A DNA stretch of 64,000 bases from Candidatus Niyogibacteria bacterium. Lineage in GTDB: Bacteria; Patescibacteriota; Minisyncoccia; HO2-45-28. Below the pieces are notes generated by a model, which was given only the letters and a program-made list of their open reading frames with translations, was not told the origin of the DNA and searched no databases. Positions 9,382 to 19,410 of this stretch are shown piece after piece (the first letter of the stretch is position 1; every line of letters begins with the position of its first letter). The DNA lies in contig CP066691.1 of assembly GCA_016432485.1 (NCBI GenBank), forward strand, positions 153,294-217,293, written 5' to 3'. The position numbers and the translations under genes were made by a program.

Positions 9382-9418
9382 GGCCTCGTGCGACCACTCG
9401 CACGAGGCGTTTTTTATT
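9382..9418 (+). terminator. Rho-independent terminator.
   Basis: ggcctcgtgcga-ccac-tcgcacgaggc perfect 11-bp stem followed by gttttttattt. Confidence 0.7.
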
Positions 9419-9492
9419 TACCAAATTTTAAGGCATTTTCACCTTTCCATTCTCTTTTTAATGTTTTAAAATTTAAAATAACTCCAAACATA

Positions 9493-12400
9493 ATGTCATT
9501 TGTCCACCTTCATACGCATAGCCACTATAGTCTGCTTGACGGTTTGGCTAAAATAGACGATTTGGTCAGAGCCGCCGCGGAATACGGGATGCCCGCTTTG
9601 GCCTTAACTGACCACGGCAATCTTTACGGCGCGATTGAGTTTTATCAAAAATCAAAAAACGCGGGAATTAAACCGATAATAGGCGTGGAGGCGTATCTCG
9701 CCTCTACCTCCCGCCATTCAAAAAAAGTCGGACTTGATGAAAAACGTTTTCACCTCGTGCTTCTGGCTGAAAATAACGAGGGTTACCAAAATCTTTTAAA
9801 ATTGGTCACGGCATCGCATCTTGAAGGATTTTACTATAAACCGCGCATAGATAAAGAAATACTGCGCAGATATTCAAAAGGCCTTATCGGCACTTCAAGC
9901 TGTATGGGCGGCGAAATACCGCGAGCTTTGATTGCCGGCGACTTTGACCAAGCCAGAAAACTCGCGTTTGAATATCAAGAAATCTTCGGAAAAAACAACT
10001 TTTTTATTGAACTTTCGCATCATCCCGGAATACCAAATCATGACCGCGCGCAAAAAGCCCTGAAACAGCTTGCGCGCGACCTTAAAATCCCGACTATTGC
10101 CGCGCAGGACATTCATTATGTTTCCAAAGAAGACGCTCAGGCCCAAGATGTGCTGCTAGCAGTTCAAACAAATTCCAGGTTGGACGATGCCGACCGGATG
10201 ACTATGAAAAACGACGATTTTTCCATGAGGTCCCCGAAAGAAATGACGGATCTTTTTCGGGACGCGCCCGAAGCCATAGCCAATACTTTAGAAATTGCTT
10301 CAAGAATAAATATTGAACTGGAGCTCGGAAAAATAAGTTTCCCTCACTATCCTCTTCCGGAAGGACACGGCGCGGATTCTTATCTGGAAAAATTGTGTCT
10401 TGACGGACTTAAAAAACGCTACGGCGATGACGTATCCGAAGCCATTAAAAAACGGCTTGATTACGAACTTGCGGTCATCAAAAAAACCGGCTTTGCTTCT
10501 TACTTTTTAATAGTGCAGGACATAACCAATTGGTCCAAGAACAAAGGAATAGTAGTCGGTCCGGGCCGGGGCTCCGCGGCAGGGTCGCTCATATCGTATC
10601 TGACCAACATAACTAACGTTGACCCCATAAAATACGACTTGCTCTTTGAACGATTTATGAATCCGGACCGCGTAAGCCCGCCGGATATAGACTTGGACTT
10701 CGCTGATACCCGCCGCGACGAAGTCTTGGAATATATGACCGAAAAATACGGCTCCGACCATGTGGCGCAGATAATAACATTCGGGACAATGGCCGCTCGG
10801 GCAGCCATCCGCGATGCCGGACGCGCTTTAAATCTTTCTTATGCTTTTTGCGATACCCTGGCTAAAATGATTGCTTTCGGCAAAAACCTGACCGAATCTT
10901 TGGAAAATAACGCCGAGCTTAAAAATTCATACGAAACCGACCCTGACGCCAAAAGACTCATTGACGCGGCGCGAAAACTGGAAGGCGTGGCGCGACACGC
11001 CTCGGTACACGCCTGCGGAACAGTGATAACCAAAGAACCTCTGGTCAACACCGTCCCGCTGCAATACGCCGCGCGCGGGAAAGACACAAACGAAAAAACA
11101 ATCGTAACCCAGTATGAAATGCACGCGATTGAAGACCTCGGCCTTTTAAAAATGGATATCCTCGGATTAAAAAACCTCAGCATCATTGAAGCCGCGGTCA
11201 AATTAATCAAAGAACGGACGGGGAATACCGTTGATTTTGATAAAATGAATCCCGTAGATGCGCGAGTTTTTGAAATGCTGGCTCGCGGCCAGACTTTAGG
11301 CGTATTCCAGCTTGAAGGCGGAGGAATGACGCGCTTTTTGACCGACCTCCAGCCCACGGAAATAGAAGATATAATCGCGATGATTTCTCTTTATCGTCCG
11401 GGGCCGCTGGATGCCGGAATGATACCCATATACATAAAAAGAAAACACGGCCGGGAGCCGGCAACCTATCTTCATCCAAAGCTTGAACCGATTCTCAAAA
11501 AAACGCACGGCATAATGATTTATCAGGAACAGCTTATGCAAGCCGCTCAAGCCGCGTCCGGTTTCACTCTGGCCGAAGCCGATACTCTGCGCAAAGCCGT
11601 GGGCAAAAAAATCAAAAAACTTCTTGACGAACAAAAAGAAAAATTCATTTTGGGAGCGGAGAAAACGATAAATAGCCGCGGGATTGGCGAAGAACTTTGG
11701 AAAATCATAGAGCCGTTCGCGGGATACGGTTTTAACCGCTCGCACGCGGCAGCCTACGCTTTAGTCGCCTATCAAACCGCGTGGCTTAAATGCCACTACC
11801 CGCTTGAATTTATGGCGTCTCTAATGAACGCCGACGAAAAAGATATTGAAAGAATAGCGATTCTGGTTAATGAGGCGAAAAAATCAGGCATATCCGTTTT
11901 GCCTCCGGATATAAATCAAAGTGACGAAGGGTTCACCCCCAGGATCGGAGAAAATCCGACAATCCGTTTCGGGTTGCGCACCATTAAAAATGTCGGCTCA
12001 AACTCTGTTTCGGCGATTATAGAAGAGAGAAAAACAAACGGCCCGTATTCAAGTTTGGCAGACCTCCTGGAAAGATCGCCGTCCAAAGATTTAAACAAAA
12101 AATCCTTGGAGTCGCTGATAAAATCAGGAGCGCTTGACAATATCGGCGAAAGAAACCAGATGCTGGATAATCTGGAAGCGATTCTTTCATATCATCGGGA
12201 TTCGGCCAAAACCCGGGCGCAAAACCAATCCTCGCTTTTCAGCTTAATGAATGACCGCGCCGTCCTCCCCCAGCTTAAATTGAACGCGGCCCGTCCCGCG
12301 ACTGACGAAGAAAAACTGCGCTGGGAGCGCGAGCTTCTCGGATTATACATTTCAAGCCACCCTCTTGAAAAAATGAAAGACAAACTCAAAAAAGAAAAAA

Positions 12401-12678
12401 TGCAGATAGAAACCGCCAAGACTCTGGTTGACGGCGCTCCGGCTTCGGTTGGAGCAATGATAGAGAGCATTCAAAAAATTACCACTAAAAAGGGGGAACC
12501 GATGGTTTTTCTTAAACTTCTTGATCTTTCCGGAGCAATGGAAGCAATTGTCTTTCCGAGAACTCTTACCGAATACGGCTCGCTTATTATTGAAGAAAAA
12601 GGAATAAAAATAAAAGGAAGAATAAGCCATCGAAACGGCCGTACGGCTTTAATTGCCAACGAAATAAGGGTATTATAA
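9493..12678 (+). CDS. dnaE: DNA polymerase III alpha subunit.
   Basis: PHP domain start MSFVHLHTHSHYSLLDG at the ATG at 9493. The ORF track's upstream extension from 9088 is non-coding leader. Palm/fingers motifs are present throughout. Confidence 0.9.
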   Translation: MSFVHLHTHSHYSLLDGLAKIDDLVRAAAEYGMPALALTDHGNLYGAIEFYQKSKNAGIKPIIGVEAYLASTSRHSKKVGLDEKRFHLVLLAENNEGYQNLLKLVTASHLEGFYYKPRIDKEILRRYSKGLIGTSSCMGGEIPRALIAGDFDQARKLAFEYQEIFGKNNFFIELSHHPGIPNHDRAQKALKQLARDLKIPTIAAQDIHYVSKEDAQAQDVLLAVQTNSRLDDADRMTMKNDDFSMRSPKEMTDLFRDAPEAIANTLEIASRINIELELGKISFPHYPLPEGHGADSYLEKLCLDGLKKRYGDDVSEAIKKRLDYELAVIKKTGFASYFLIVQDITNWSKNKGIVVGPGRGSAAGSLISYLTNITNVDPIKYDLLFERFMNPDRVSPPDIDLDFADTRRDEVLEYMTEKYGSDHVAQIITFGTMAARAAIRDAGRALNLSYAFCDTLAKMIAFGKNLTESLENNAELKNSYETDPDAKRLIDAARKLEGVARHASVHACGTVITKEPLVNTVPLQYAARGKDTNEKTIVTQYEMHAIEDLGLLKMDILGLKNLSIIEAAVKLIKERTGNTVDFDKMNPVDARVFEMLARGQTLGVFQLEGGGMTRFLTDLQPTEIEDIIAMISLYRPGPLDAGMIPIYIKRKHGREPATYLHPKLEPILKKTHGIMIYQEQLMQAAQAASGFTLAEADTLRKAVGKKIKKLLDEQKEKFILGAEKTINSRGIGEELWKIIEPFAGYGFNRSHAAAYALVAYQTAWLKCHYPLEFMASLMNADEKDIERIAILVNEAKKSGISVLPPDINQSDEGFTPRIGENPTIRFGLRTIKNVGSNSVSAIIEERKTNGPYSSLADLLERSPSKDLNKKSLESLIKSGALDNIGERNQMLDNLEAILSYHRDSAKTRAQNQSSLFSLMNDRAVLPQLKLNAARPATDEEKLRWERELLGLYISSHPLEKMKDKLKKEKMQIETAKTLVDGAPASVGAMIESIQKITTKKGEPMVFLKLLDLSGAMEAIVFPRTLTEYGSLIIEEKGIKIKGRISHRNGRTALIANEIRVL

Positions 12679-12687
12679 AATATATAA

Positions 12688-13896
12688 ATGGCTAAAGACA
12701 GAGACAAAAAACCGTCCCAAGACCATAGAGATATAAGCCGAGAATTGGACTTATTTTCTTTTCAGGAGGTGGCGCCCGGGGCGCCTTTCTGGCATCCGAA
12801 AGGCATGATAATTTTTAGGGAGCTGGAAAAATATGCGCGAAAAATTAACGACGAGGGAGGCTACAGCGAAACCTCAACGCCGATTTTGGTTAAAAAAGAG
12901 GTTTTTGAAAAATCCGGGCATTGGCAATACTTTCGGGAGAATATGTTTTATTTTAAAGACGGGAACGACACGCTGGCGCTTAAACCGATGAATTGCCCCG
13001 AATCAACCTATATTTACAGCTCCAAAGTTAGAAGCTGGCGAGATTTACCTTTGCGGCTGGCTGAAATCGGCAGGCTCCATCGCAATGAACGCTCCGGTAC
13101 CCTGGGAGGAATGTTCAGGGTAAGGCAACTGACAATGGATGACGCCCATATATATTGCCGGAAGGATCAAATTGAAGATGAAGTTTCAAAAACAATAAAA
13201 GAAATAAATTCGTTTTATTCACTTTTCGGATTTAAAACCGAGTATTTTCTGGCAACAAGGCCCGAAAAAGCCCTGGGCAAAAAAGAATTATGGGATGAAG
13301 CCGAAAAAATTATGGCATCAGCCCTTAAAAAAAATAAAATACCTTTTAAGGAGGCTCCGGGCGAGGGCGCTTTTTACGGGCCTAAAATTGAAGTGCATAT
13401 CCGTGACTCACAGGGACGCGATTGGCAGTTGGGCACTTCACAACTTGATTTCTTTATGCTTCCTGAAAAATTCGACCTCTACTACATAGGTGAAAACGGA
13501 AAAAAAGAAAAACCGGTGGTCATTCATCGCGCTATTTTTGGCTCCTTCGAGCGCTTTATCGGCATACTGCTGGAAGAAAACGGCGGAGCTTTGCCTTTAT
13601 GGCTGGCGCCGGTTCAGGTCGCGCTTTTGTCCATTAACGACAAAGTTAAAAAATATTGTCTTGAAATTATCCGTAACCTTCACAAAATAAATTTGCGCGT
13701 TTTTCTGGATGACCGCAATGAAACTATCGGCAAAAAAATACGCGAAGCCGAATTGCAGAAAATTCCTTATATTTTGGTCATCGGAGAAAAAGAAGAGAAA
13801 GACGGAACTGTAAATGTGCGCGAACGCGGAAAAAAAGAGCAGAAATCAATGAAATTAGATGATTTTGCCAAAGAAATCTCAACAGGCGATAAGTAA
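12688..13896 (+). CDS. thrS: Threonyl-tRNA synthetase, minimal form (catalytic and anticodon-binding domains only).
   Basis: 402 aa. Class II motifs around HRNERSGTLGGMFRVRQLTMDDAHIYC. It lacks the N-terminal TGS/editing domains, as in many CPR and archaeal-type ThrRS. Confidence 0.8.
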   Translation: MAKDRDKKPSQDHRDISRELDLFSFQEVAPGAPFWHPKGMIIFRELEKYARKINDEGGYSETSTPILVKKEVFEKSGHWQYFRENMFYFKDGNDTLALKPMNCPESTYIYSSKVRSWRDLPLRLAEIGRLHRNERSGTLGGMFRVRQLTMDDAHIYCRKDQIEDEVSKTIKEINSFYSLFGFKTEYFLATRPEKALGKKELWDEAEKIMASALKKNKIPFKEAPGEGAFYGPKIEVHIRDSQGRDWQLGTSQLDFFMLPEKFDLYYIGENGKKEKPVVIHRAIFGSFERFIGILLEENGGALPLWLAPVQVALLSINDKVKKYCLEIIRNLHKINLRVFLDDRNETIGKKIREAELQKIPYILVIGEKEEKDGTVNVRERGKKEQKSMKLDDFAKEISTGDK

Positions 13897-14779
13897 AAAA
13901 ATAATAGTCATAGTCGGTCCGACAGCTTCCGGTAAATCCGCGCTGGGAGTGCGTCTTGCCAAAAAAGTGAACGGCGAGATAATTTCGGCTGATTCTCGGC
14001 AGATTTATAAAGGCCTTAATCTGGCTTCGGGCAAAATAACCGCGAGTGAAATGGCGGGTGTCCCCCATCATTGCCTTGATTTAGTGTCTCCAAAAACCGT
14101 ATTCAGCGCCGGAAACTATGCCGAATGCGCAAAAAAAGCCATTGTGGATATTCAAAAACGAGGAAAAATCCCGATAATAGTCGGGGGAACCGGATTTTAT
14201 ATAGATGTGGCTCTTGGTCGGATGAAAACGGCGGGCGTTGCGCCCGATTGGAAACTGCGAAAAAACCTTGAGAAAAAATCGGTTACGGTCCTTTTTAAAA
14301 TCCTGAAAAAGTTAGACCAAAAAAGAGCCGAAACAATTGAGCCCCAAAACAAACGCCGTTTGATCCGGGCAATTGAGATAGCAAAATCCCCATCTAAAAA
14401 AATCGCGAATAAAAAATCGGGAAATGAAATATATCAATATTTTGATGTGTTATGGATAGGAACAAAGATTAAACCGGAGGAATTAAGAAAAAAAATAAAT
14501 TCCAGATTAAATAAACGGCTTAGAGCCGGAATGGTTCGGGAAATAAAGAAATTGCGCCAGAAAGGAGTAAGCTGGAAACGATTGGACGACTTGGGCCTTG
14601 AACCGCGCTGGATTTCAAGATATCTGCGCGGCAAAATTTCAAAAGACGAAATGATTTCAGGACTGCTAATTTCAATCTGGCGTTATTCCCGCCGCCAAAT
14701 GACCTGGTTTAAGCGCAATAAAAATATCCGATGGATTAAAACACGAAGAGAGGCCGAAAAACTACTTAAGAAGTTTTAA
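13859..14779 (+). CDS. miaA: tRNA dimethylallyltransferase.
   Basis: P-loop IVIVGPTASGKS and a MiaA-type zinc-finger-less C-terminus. It overlaps the thrS end, so the true start may be a downstream ATG. Confidence 0.8.
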   Translation: MILPKKSQQAISKKIIVIVGPTASGKSALGVRLAKKVNGEIISADSRQIYKGLNLASGKITASEMAGVPHHCLDLVSPKTVFSAGNYAECAKKAIVDIQKRGKIPIIVGGTGFYIDVALGRMKTAGVAPDWKLRKNLEKKSVTVLFKILKKLDQKRAETIEPQNKRRLIRAIEIAKSPSKKIANKKSGNEIYQYFDVLWIGTKIKPEELRKKINSRLNKRLRAGMVREIKKLRQKGVSWKRLDDLGLEPRWISRYLRGKISKDEMISGLLISIWRYSRRQMTWFKRNKNIRWIKTRREAEKLLKKF

Positions 14780-16225
14780 AAGCGTTTCGCGCGCGACTTC
14801 GGGGTTGGCGCCGCCCTTAGTTTCTTTCATAACTTGACCCACCAAAAATTGAAGAGCGTTTTCTTTACCCAATTTATAGTCGGCTGCCGCTTGGGGATTG
14901 GCCCCAATAATTTTTTCGGCAATTTCTTCAAGCGCGCCTTCGTTTGAAATTTGGTTAAGTCCCCTTTCGCGCGCGATATCAGAAGGATCGCCGCCTTCTT
15001 CAACCATAACGCGTAAAATATCTTTGGCTGCCCGCGAGGAAATGAGGTCCTCTAAAATCATTTTTATGAGCTCGGCAAAATTTTCCGGAGAGACCAGAAG
15101 GTCGTTCATCGGCAATTCTTTTTCTTTAACCAGTCCTTGCAGATCGGAGATTAAATAATTAAAAGCAAGTTTTAGCGCTTGAGGCTTTTTATCGTGGCTG
15201 CTCCACTCTAAAAGCTCAGAAACGGCTTTTTCAAAAAAATCTGCCGTTCCTTTATCAGAGACAATAAGCGCGGAATCTTTGGCCGCAAGCCCGTATTCTT
15301 TTTGAAAGCGGGCTCGTTTTTGCCGCGGCAATTCCGGCAATTTCAATTTCAAAGTTTCAGGATTCAATTCATCATCCCCATAGACTTCAATCGGAGGCAA
15401 ATCGGGTTCTGGAAAATAACGGTAATCATGAGATTCTTCTTTTCGCCTTTGCGAAAATGTTTTTTGTCCGGCATCATCCCAACCTCTGGTTTCATGGACA
15501 ATTTTCTTGCCGGCTTTCAAAATACCCGCCTGTCTTTCCAGCTCATATTCAATAGCCCTGCGAAGCGCGTTAAAAGAATTTATGTTTTTCAGCTCAACTT
15601 TCGTCCCCATATCTAGAGAAGCGTTGGCTTCAAGACGCATCTGGCCTTTTTCCATATCGGCATCCGAAACATTAAGCTCGCGTAAAAGCAAACGAAGTTC
15701 TTCGGCAAATTCGCTGGCTTCATCAGCCGATGAAATATCCGGTTCGGTAACCAATTCCATTAAAGGTACTCCGGCGCGGTTAAAATCAACAAATGAGACT
15801 TGCTCCGATTTTATGCCGGAGCCGAGACCCTCGTGAATTAAACGTCCGGTATCTTCCTCCAGATGAACCCGCCTGATTCTTATTTTTTTGCCGGAATCCG
15901 GCAAAACTAACTCTCCGCCATAAACCAAAGGATGTTTATATTGTGAAATCTGATAGCCCTTGGGCAGGTCGGGATAAAAATAGTTTTTGCGCTCAAATCG
16001 CGAATACTCCGCGACTTTTCCGCCCAAAGCTAACCCCGTCAAAATTACTTTTTTAACCGCTTCTTTGTTTATGACAGGCAGAGTGCCCGGATGCCCCATG
16101 CAGACGGGGCAAACATTCATATTCGGATGGGTCTCTTGAGAGTCGTTTAAGGACTCGCAGAACATTTTTGTCTCCGTATTCAGCTCGACGTGAATTTCTA
16201 ACCCGATTGTCGGCTTAAATTGCAT
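14762..16225 (-). CDS. gatB: Asp/Glu-tRNA amidotransferase subunit B.
   Basis: 487 aa. N-terminus IGLEIHVEL...CPVCMGHPGTLPV is typical of GatB. Confidence 0.9.
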   Translation of the reverse strand: MQFKPTIGLEIHVELNTETKMFCESLNDSQETHPNMNVCPVCMGHPGTLPVINKEAVKKVILTGLALGGKVAEYSRFERKNYFYPDLPKGYQISQYKHPLVYGGELVLPDSGKKIRIRRVHLEEDTGRLIHEGLGSGIKSEQVSFVDFNRAGVPLMELVTEPDISSADEASEFAEELRLLLRELNVSDADMEKGQMRLEANASLDMGTKVELKNINSFNALRRAIEYELERQAGILKAGKKIVHETRGWDDAGQKTFSQRRKEESHDYRYFPEPDLPPIEVYGDDELNPETLKLKLPELPRQKRARFQKEYGLAAKDSALIVSDKGTADFFEKAVSELLEWSSHDKKPQALKLAFNYLISDLQGLVKEKELPMNDLLVSPENFAELIKMILEDLISSRAAKDILRVMVEEGGDPSDIARERGLNQISNEGALEEIAEKIIGANPQAAADYKLGKENALQFLVGQVMKETKGGANPEVARETLLKLLK

Positions 16226-16310
16226 ATGATGGTATTATAGAGTAAAATTATTAATTATTCTATTGCTATAATTTTATTAGGTTAATTAGAAATTAGAAAT
16301 TATCAAAATC

Positions 16311-16886
16311 ATGCTTTCGTATACAGATTTATTAAAGGGGGTGTATTTCGTGATGGATGGCGAACCTTACGAGGTGCTTGAATCGCAGTTTTTACGCATG
16401 CAGCAAAGAAAACCCGTGGTACAGGCCAAAATAAAAAATCTGGCTACGGGCAAAATAACGCAAAGAAGCTTTCATCAAAACGAATCATTCAAAGAAGCCG
16501 AAATAGATCGCGAACCAATGAAGTTCCTGTTTTCACATCGGAATGAATTTACTTTTATTTATCCGAGTGATCCTTCTAAAAGAGTATCGTTAAACTCGGA
16601 GCTAGCCGGTGAAATTGCGCGATATCTTAAGCCAAACCTTGAAGTCATTTTCAAAAAATTCGGCGAGACACTGCTCGGCATAGAAATTCCCATAAAAATT
16701 GATTATGTCGTTAAATCCGCCCCGCCCGCCGATAAAGGAAACACCGCCCAAGGCGGCTCAAAAGAAATAGAACTTGAAAACGGCCTGCGTATACAAGCGC
16801 CTCTTTTCATAAACGAAGGCGATATCGTGCGCGTAAACACTCAAACCGGAGAATATGCGGAACGCGCTGAAAAAACAGGCAAGTAA
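16311..16886 (+). CDS. efp: Elongation factor P.
   Basis: 191 aa. KOW-like N-terminus and the Lys-containing loop region KPVVQAKIKNLATGK. Confidence 0.9.
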   Translation: MLSYTDLLKGVYFVMDGEPYEVLESQFLRMQQRKPVVQAKIKNLATGKITQRSFHQNESFKEAEIDREPMKFLFSHRNEFTFIYPSDPSKRVSLNSELAGEIARYLKPNLEVIFKKFGETLLGIEIPIKIDYVVKSAPPADKGNTAQGGSKEIELENGLRIQAPLFINEGDIVRVNTQTGEYAERAEKTGK

Positions 16887-16922
16887 CATGTTTTAGTCCA
16901 ATCGGGAGTAAATATATTACTT

Positions 16923-17750
16923 TTAGTTTTTTTGACACCCGGGGCAAATAGTGCTTCCTCGCCCCCCGACTTTAATTTTTTCCGTTCGGCGCCGGCATCT
17001 AGGACAAATTTTTTGATCATATATAAGAAACTTATTTTGATAGCCGCCCATCTCGTTATCGGGATGTTTCCAATCCCTCATGCTCGTGCCGCCGGATTTT
17101 AAAATCTTATTTATAATTTTTTTTAAATTTCCGAAAAGAACGCGATTCCGACGGCCGTCCAAATCATGTGACTTTGTTTTGGGATGGATTTTTGAAAGCC
17201 ACAAAGATTCATCGGCAATAATATTGCCGATTCCGGAAAAAATATCCTGCCTCAGCAAAATTGGTTTTATCATTCCTCTTCTTCCTCTTAATTTTTCGTT
17301 AAACTCCGTAAAAGCAACCTTCAGAATATCCCGTCCGAGCGCCGCAAAATACTTCTCGCATAAAACTTCTTTTTCAAGGCCGTACCAAATCCGGCCAAAT
17401 TTTCTTACGTCGCTGAAACGCAATTCTGCTCCTCCGGCAAATCCAACCGCAAAACGGACAGACTTATCTAAACGTTCACCGGCCTTACCGGAGTACAAAT
17501 TGCCGGTCATTTTCAGATGAAACGCCAGCGCTCTTTTCGGATTGCCGGATAGAGTCATAAAAACGGTCTTCCCTTTTCTGAATATTACCGTAATTTTTTT
17601 GCCTAAAATATCTTTTTTCGCTTTACTCAAACTAAACCCGGAAATAAATTGCGCGGGAGAAAAAAGACGAAAACTGATGATTTTTCGGCCCACAAGGCCG
17701 CTTTTTTGAAGTTTTGTTGCCGTAATTTCAACTTCAGGAAGCTCAGGCAT
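16923..17750 (-). CDS. mutM: Formamidopyrimidine-DNA glycosylase.
   Basis: 275 aa. N-terminal MPELPEVE and a C-terminal CPRC...CPGC zinc finger. Confidence 0.9.
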   Translation of the reverse strand: MPELPEVEITATKLQKSGLVGRKIISFRLFSPAQFISGFSLSKAKKDILGKKITVIFRKGKTVFMTLSGNPKRALAFHLKMTGNLYSGKAGERLDKSVRFAVGFAGGAELRFSDVRKFGRIWYGLEKEVLCEKYFAALGRDILKVAFTEFNEKLRGRRGMIKPILLRQDIFSGIGNIIADESLWLSKIHPKTKSHDLDGRRNRVLFGNLKKIINKILKSGGTSMRDWKHPDNEMGGYQNKFLIYDQKICPRCRRRTEKIKVGGRGSTICPGCQKN

Positions 17751-17828
17751 TCTCGGTAAGATTAAATCAAATAAGAAGACTTATACCTCTTAAGTCTTTG
17801 GACCAAGAATTTTCGACCAGCGGTAATC

Positions 17829-19064
17829 TTAAGCATTTTTAAAAAAAGACCGGCTCACAACGCTCGTATGGGTCATATTGGCAAACATAAACATCAGGGA
17901 AACCAAAGCCGCAATCACAAAACTGGATTTTAAAAACAAAACCGGTTCAAAAAAATACGCTCCGACCATTAATATCAGCATATAAGGGATGCGAACAGCA
18001 TTATACAAAAGTTCTCTGCTCAGAATAAATGACGCGCCGTCAGGAACGCTGCGCGCAATCCTATAATATTGGCTTTCCCAAGCCACACCGAGAGAATTGC
18101 CGACGGCATTTCCCAGCGGCTCGCTGATTGAAACCAAAACCGGGCGGAATAAAAAATAACGCGCGGCCCATATCGCCGACAGAAAAACTGAAGACCAAAG
18201 AATTATTTTTCTTCTTTTGCCGGCATCGGAAAGAAAACCCATATAAAAAGTGACGAAAACGCCGGCCAAAAGCCCCAAGGATATTATCGCGCCCAAACTC
18301 TCAATGCTGCCCAATATTATAAACAGGAAAAGCGGCCACGTTATTCTTCCGATTATGGTTTCCATGGCATATCCCGCGCCCGAGACGGTAAAAGGCATAA
18401 TCGGCTTGTAAAAAAGATATTTTATTATAGTTTTTCTTGATAAATCCGGCGAGGCTCTATGTGCCGGAAAATAAAAAAGCGGCGTTATCGCAAAAAACAA
18501 TAAAGCGGCTCCGAAAGCAAAAGTGTATTTAAACCCAATTGAGGCGATAATCAATCCGCCTAAAAAGGGCGCGGCCATATGCGTTAAAGAACTGATGAGA
18601 TGGCGCGCGCCGATTTCCCTGCCCAAATAATCGCCGTCCGATGCCCCGGTAAAATTAATATGATAACCGGTGTTAAAAAATATGGCGTAAGAAGCATGTA
18701 ACAAGGGAAGAAAATAAAATAACAAGGGGAGCTCTTTTATAAAATCAAGGCCCAAATAATAAAGCGCGGCGAAAGGAAGGCTCGCGAGCATCAATGTTTT
18801 ATCGCTTAGCCTGCGAAAAAACGGCAAAACAGCCAGAATAATGGCAACAATGTAGACCGAGTCCAGAAGAATAAATAAAAGGATGCGCCAAATCGGCTCG
18901 CCTTCCTTCCACAAAAACACCGGCACGAAAATACCGACAAGACCTATAGCAAAGCTCATCAATGCCAACGCCACATAAAGCGCGTCCATTTCTTTATTCC
19001 TAAAAAAAGAAAAATGCTCAAAAAGCGCGGAACTAATTTTCATATTTAACATAAATGTTAGCAC
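17829..19064 (-). CDS. Polytopic membrane transporter, MFS-like.
   Basis: 411 aa with about 12 predicted TM helices. No diagnostic catalytic motifs. Confidence 0.45.
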   Translation of the reverse strand: MLTFMLNMKISSALFEHFSFFRNKEMDALYVALALMSFAIGLVGIFVPVFLWKEGEPIWRILLFILLDSVYIVAIILAVLPFFRRLSDKTLMLASLPFAALYYLGLDFIKELPLLFYFLPLLHASYAIFFNTGYHINFTGASDGDYLGREIGARHLISSLTHMAAPFLGGLIIASIGFKYTFAFGAALLFFAITPLFYFPAHRASPDLSRKTIIKYLFYKPIMPFTVSGAGYAMETIIGRITWPLFLFIILGSIESLGAIISLGLLAGVFVTFYMGFLSDAGKRRKIILWSSVFLSAIWAARYFLFRPVLVSISEPLGNAVGNSLGVAWESQYYRIARSVPDGASFILSRELLYNAVRIPYMLILMVGAYFFEPVLFLKSSFVIAALVSLMFMFANMTHTSVVSRSFFKNA

Positions 19065-19084
19065 TTTTTTGCGAAAGTCTAAAC

Positions 19085-19194
19085 TGGCTGCTGAAATATT
19101 GAAAATGCCGCGAAAGTCAAAAACTTGACAAACTATATGCTTCTATGTTATACTTTAGACGGTGTAAATAGTACAACTTAACAGGAGGTGAGCC
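19085..19194 (+). promoter_or_regulatory. Copy 2 of the repeated promoter/5'-UTR module (-35 TTGACA, -10 tatgttatact, RBS AGGAGG).
   Basis: Homologous to 9065-9187, seen by direct comparison. Confidence 0.5.
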
Positions 19195-19341
19195 GTGGGA
19201 AAGCTGTCCAGAGAAGAAGCAGTAAAGGAGATCGTTCAGGTGCTTCGGGAGCTCGAGCCGACGACCGACCCCTACGATGTGATCGAGTCGGCGAAGATCT
19301 GTTTCGGAATTTCTGACACTCCTCCCGACGGCGGCTTCTAG
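19195..19341 (+). CDS. Small GTG-initiated ORF of 48 aa (GKLSREEAVKEIVQVLRELEPTTDPYDVIESAKICFGISDTPPDGGF). Conspicuously GC-rich.
   Basis: AGGAGG 6 nt upstream of the GTG, with a promoter upstream and a terminator downstream. Its GC content is far above the surroundings, so it could instead be a structured RNA. Confidence 0.35.
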   Translation: MGKLSREEAVKEIVQVLRELEPTTDPYDVIESAKICFGISDTPPDGGF

Positions 19342-19363
19342 CAAGCCGCTCCACTCCCCCCAG

Positions 19364-19399
19364 AGGTCCAACTCATCCGAGTTGGGCCTCATCTTTTTT
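19364..19399 (+). terminator. Rho-independent terminator.
   Basis: ggtccaactc-atcc-gagttgggcc followed by tcatctttttta. Confidence 0.7.
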
Positions 19400-19410
19400 A
19401 CATTCCACTC

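Noticed and set aside
10500-12707. Multiple minus-strand ORFs inside dnaE (10500..10808, 10839..11357, 11296..11745, 12352..12630 and others).
   Set aside because: They lie embedded in a well-supported dnaE reading frame. No independent signals.
19117-19392. Minus-strand 91-aa ORF.
   Set aside because: It spans the plus-strand promoter, small ORF and terminator. It would read through a terminator hairpin.
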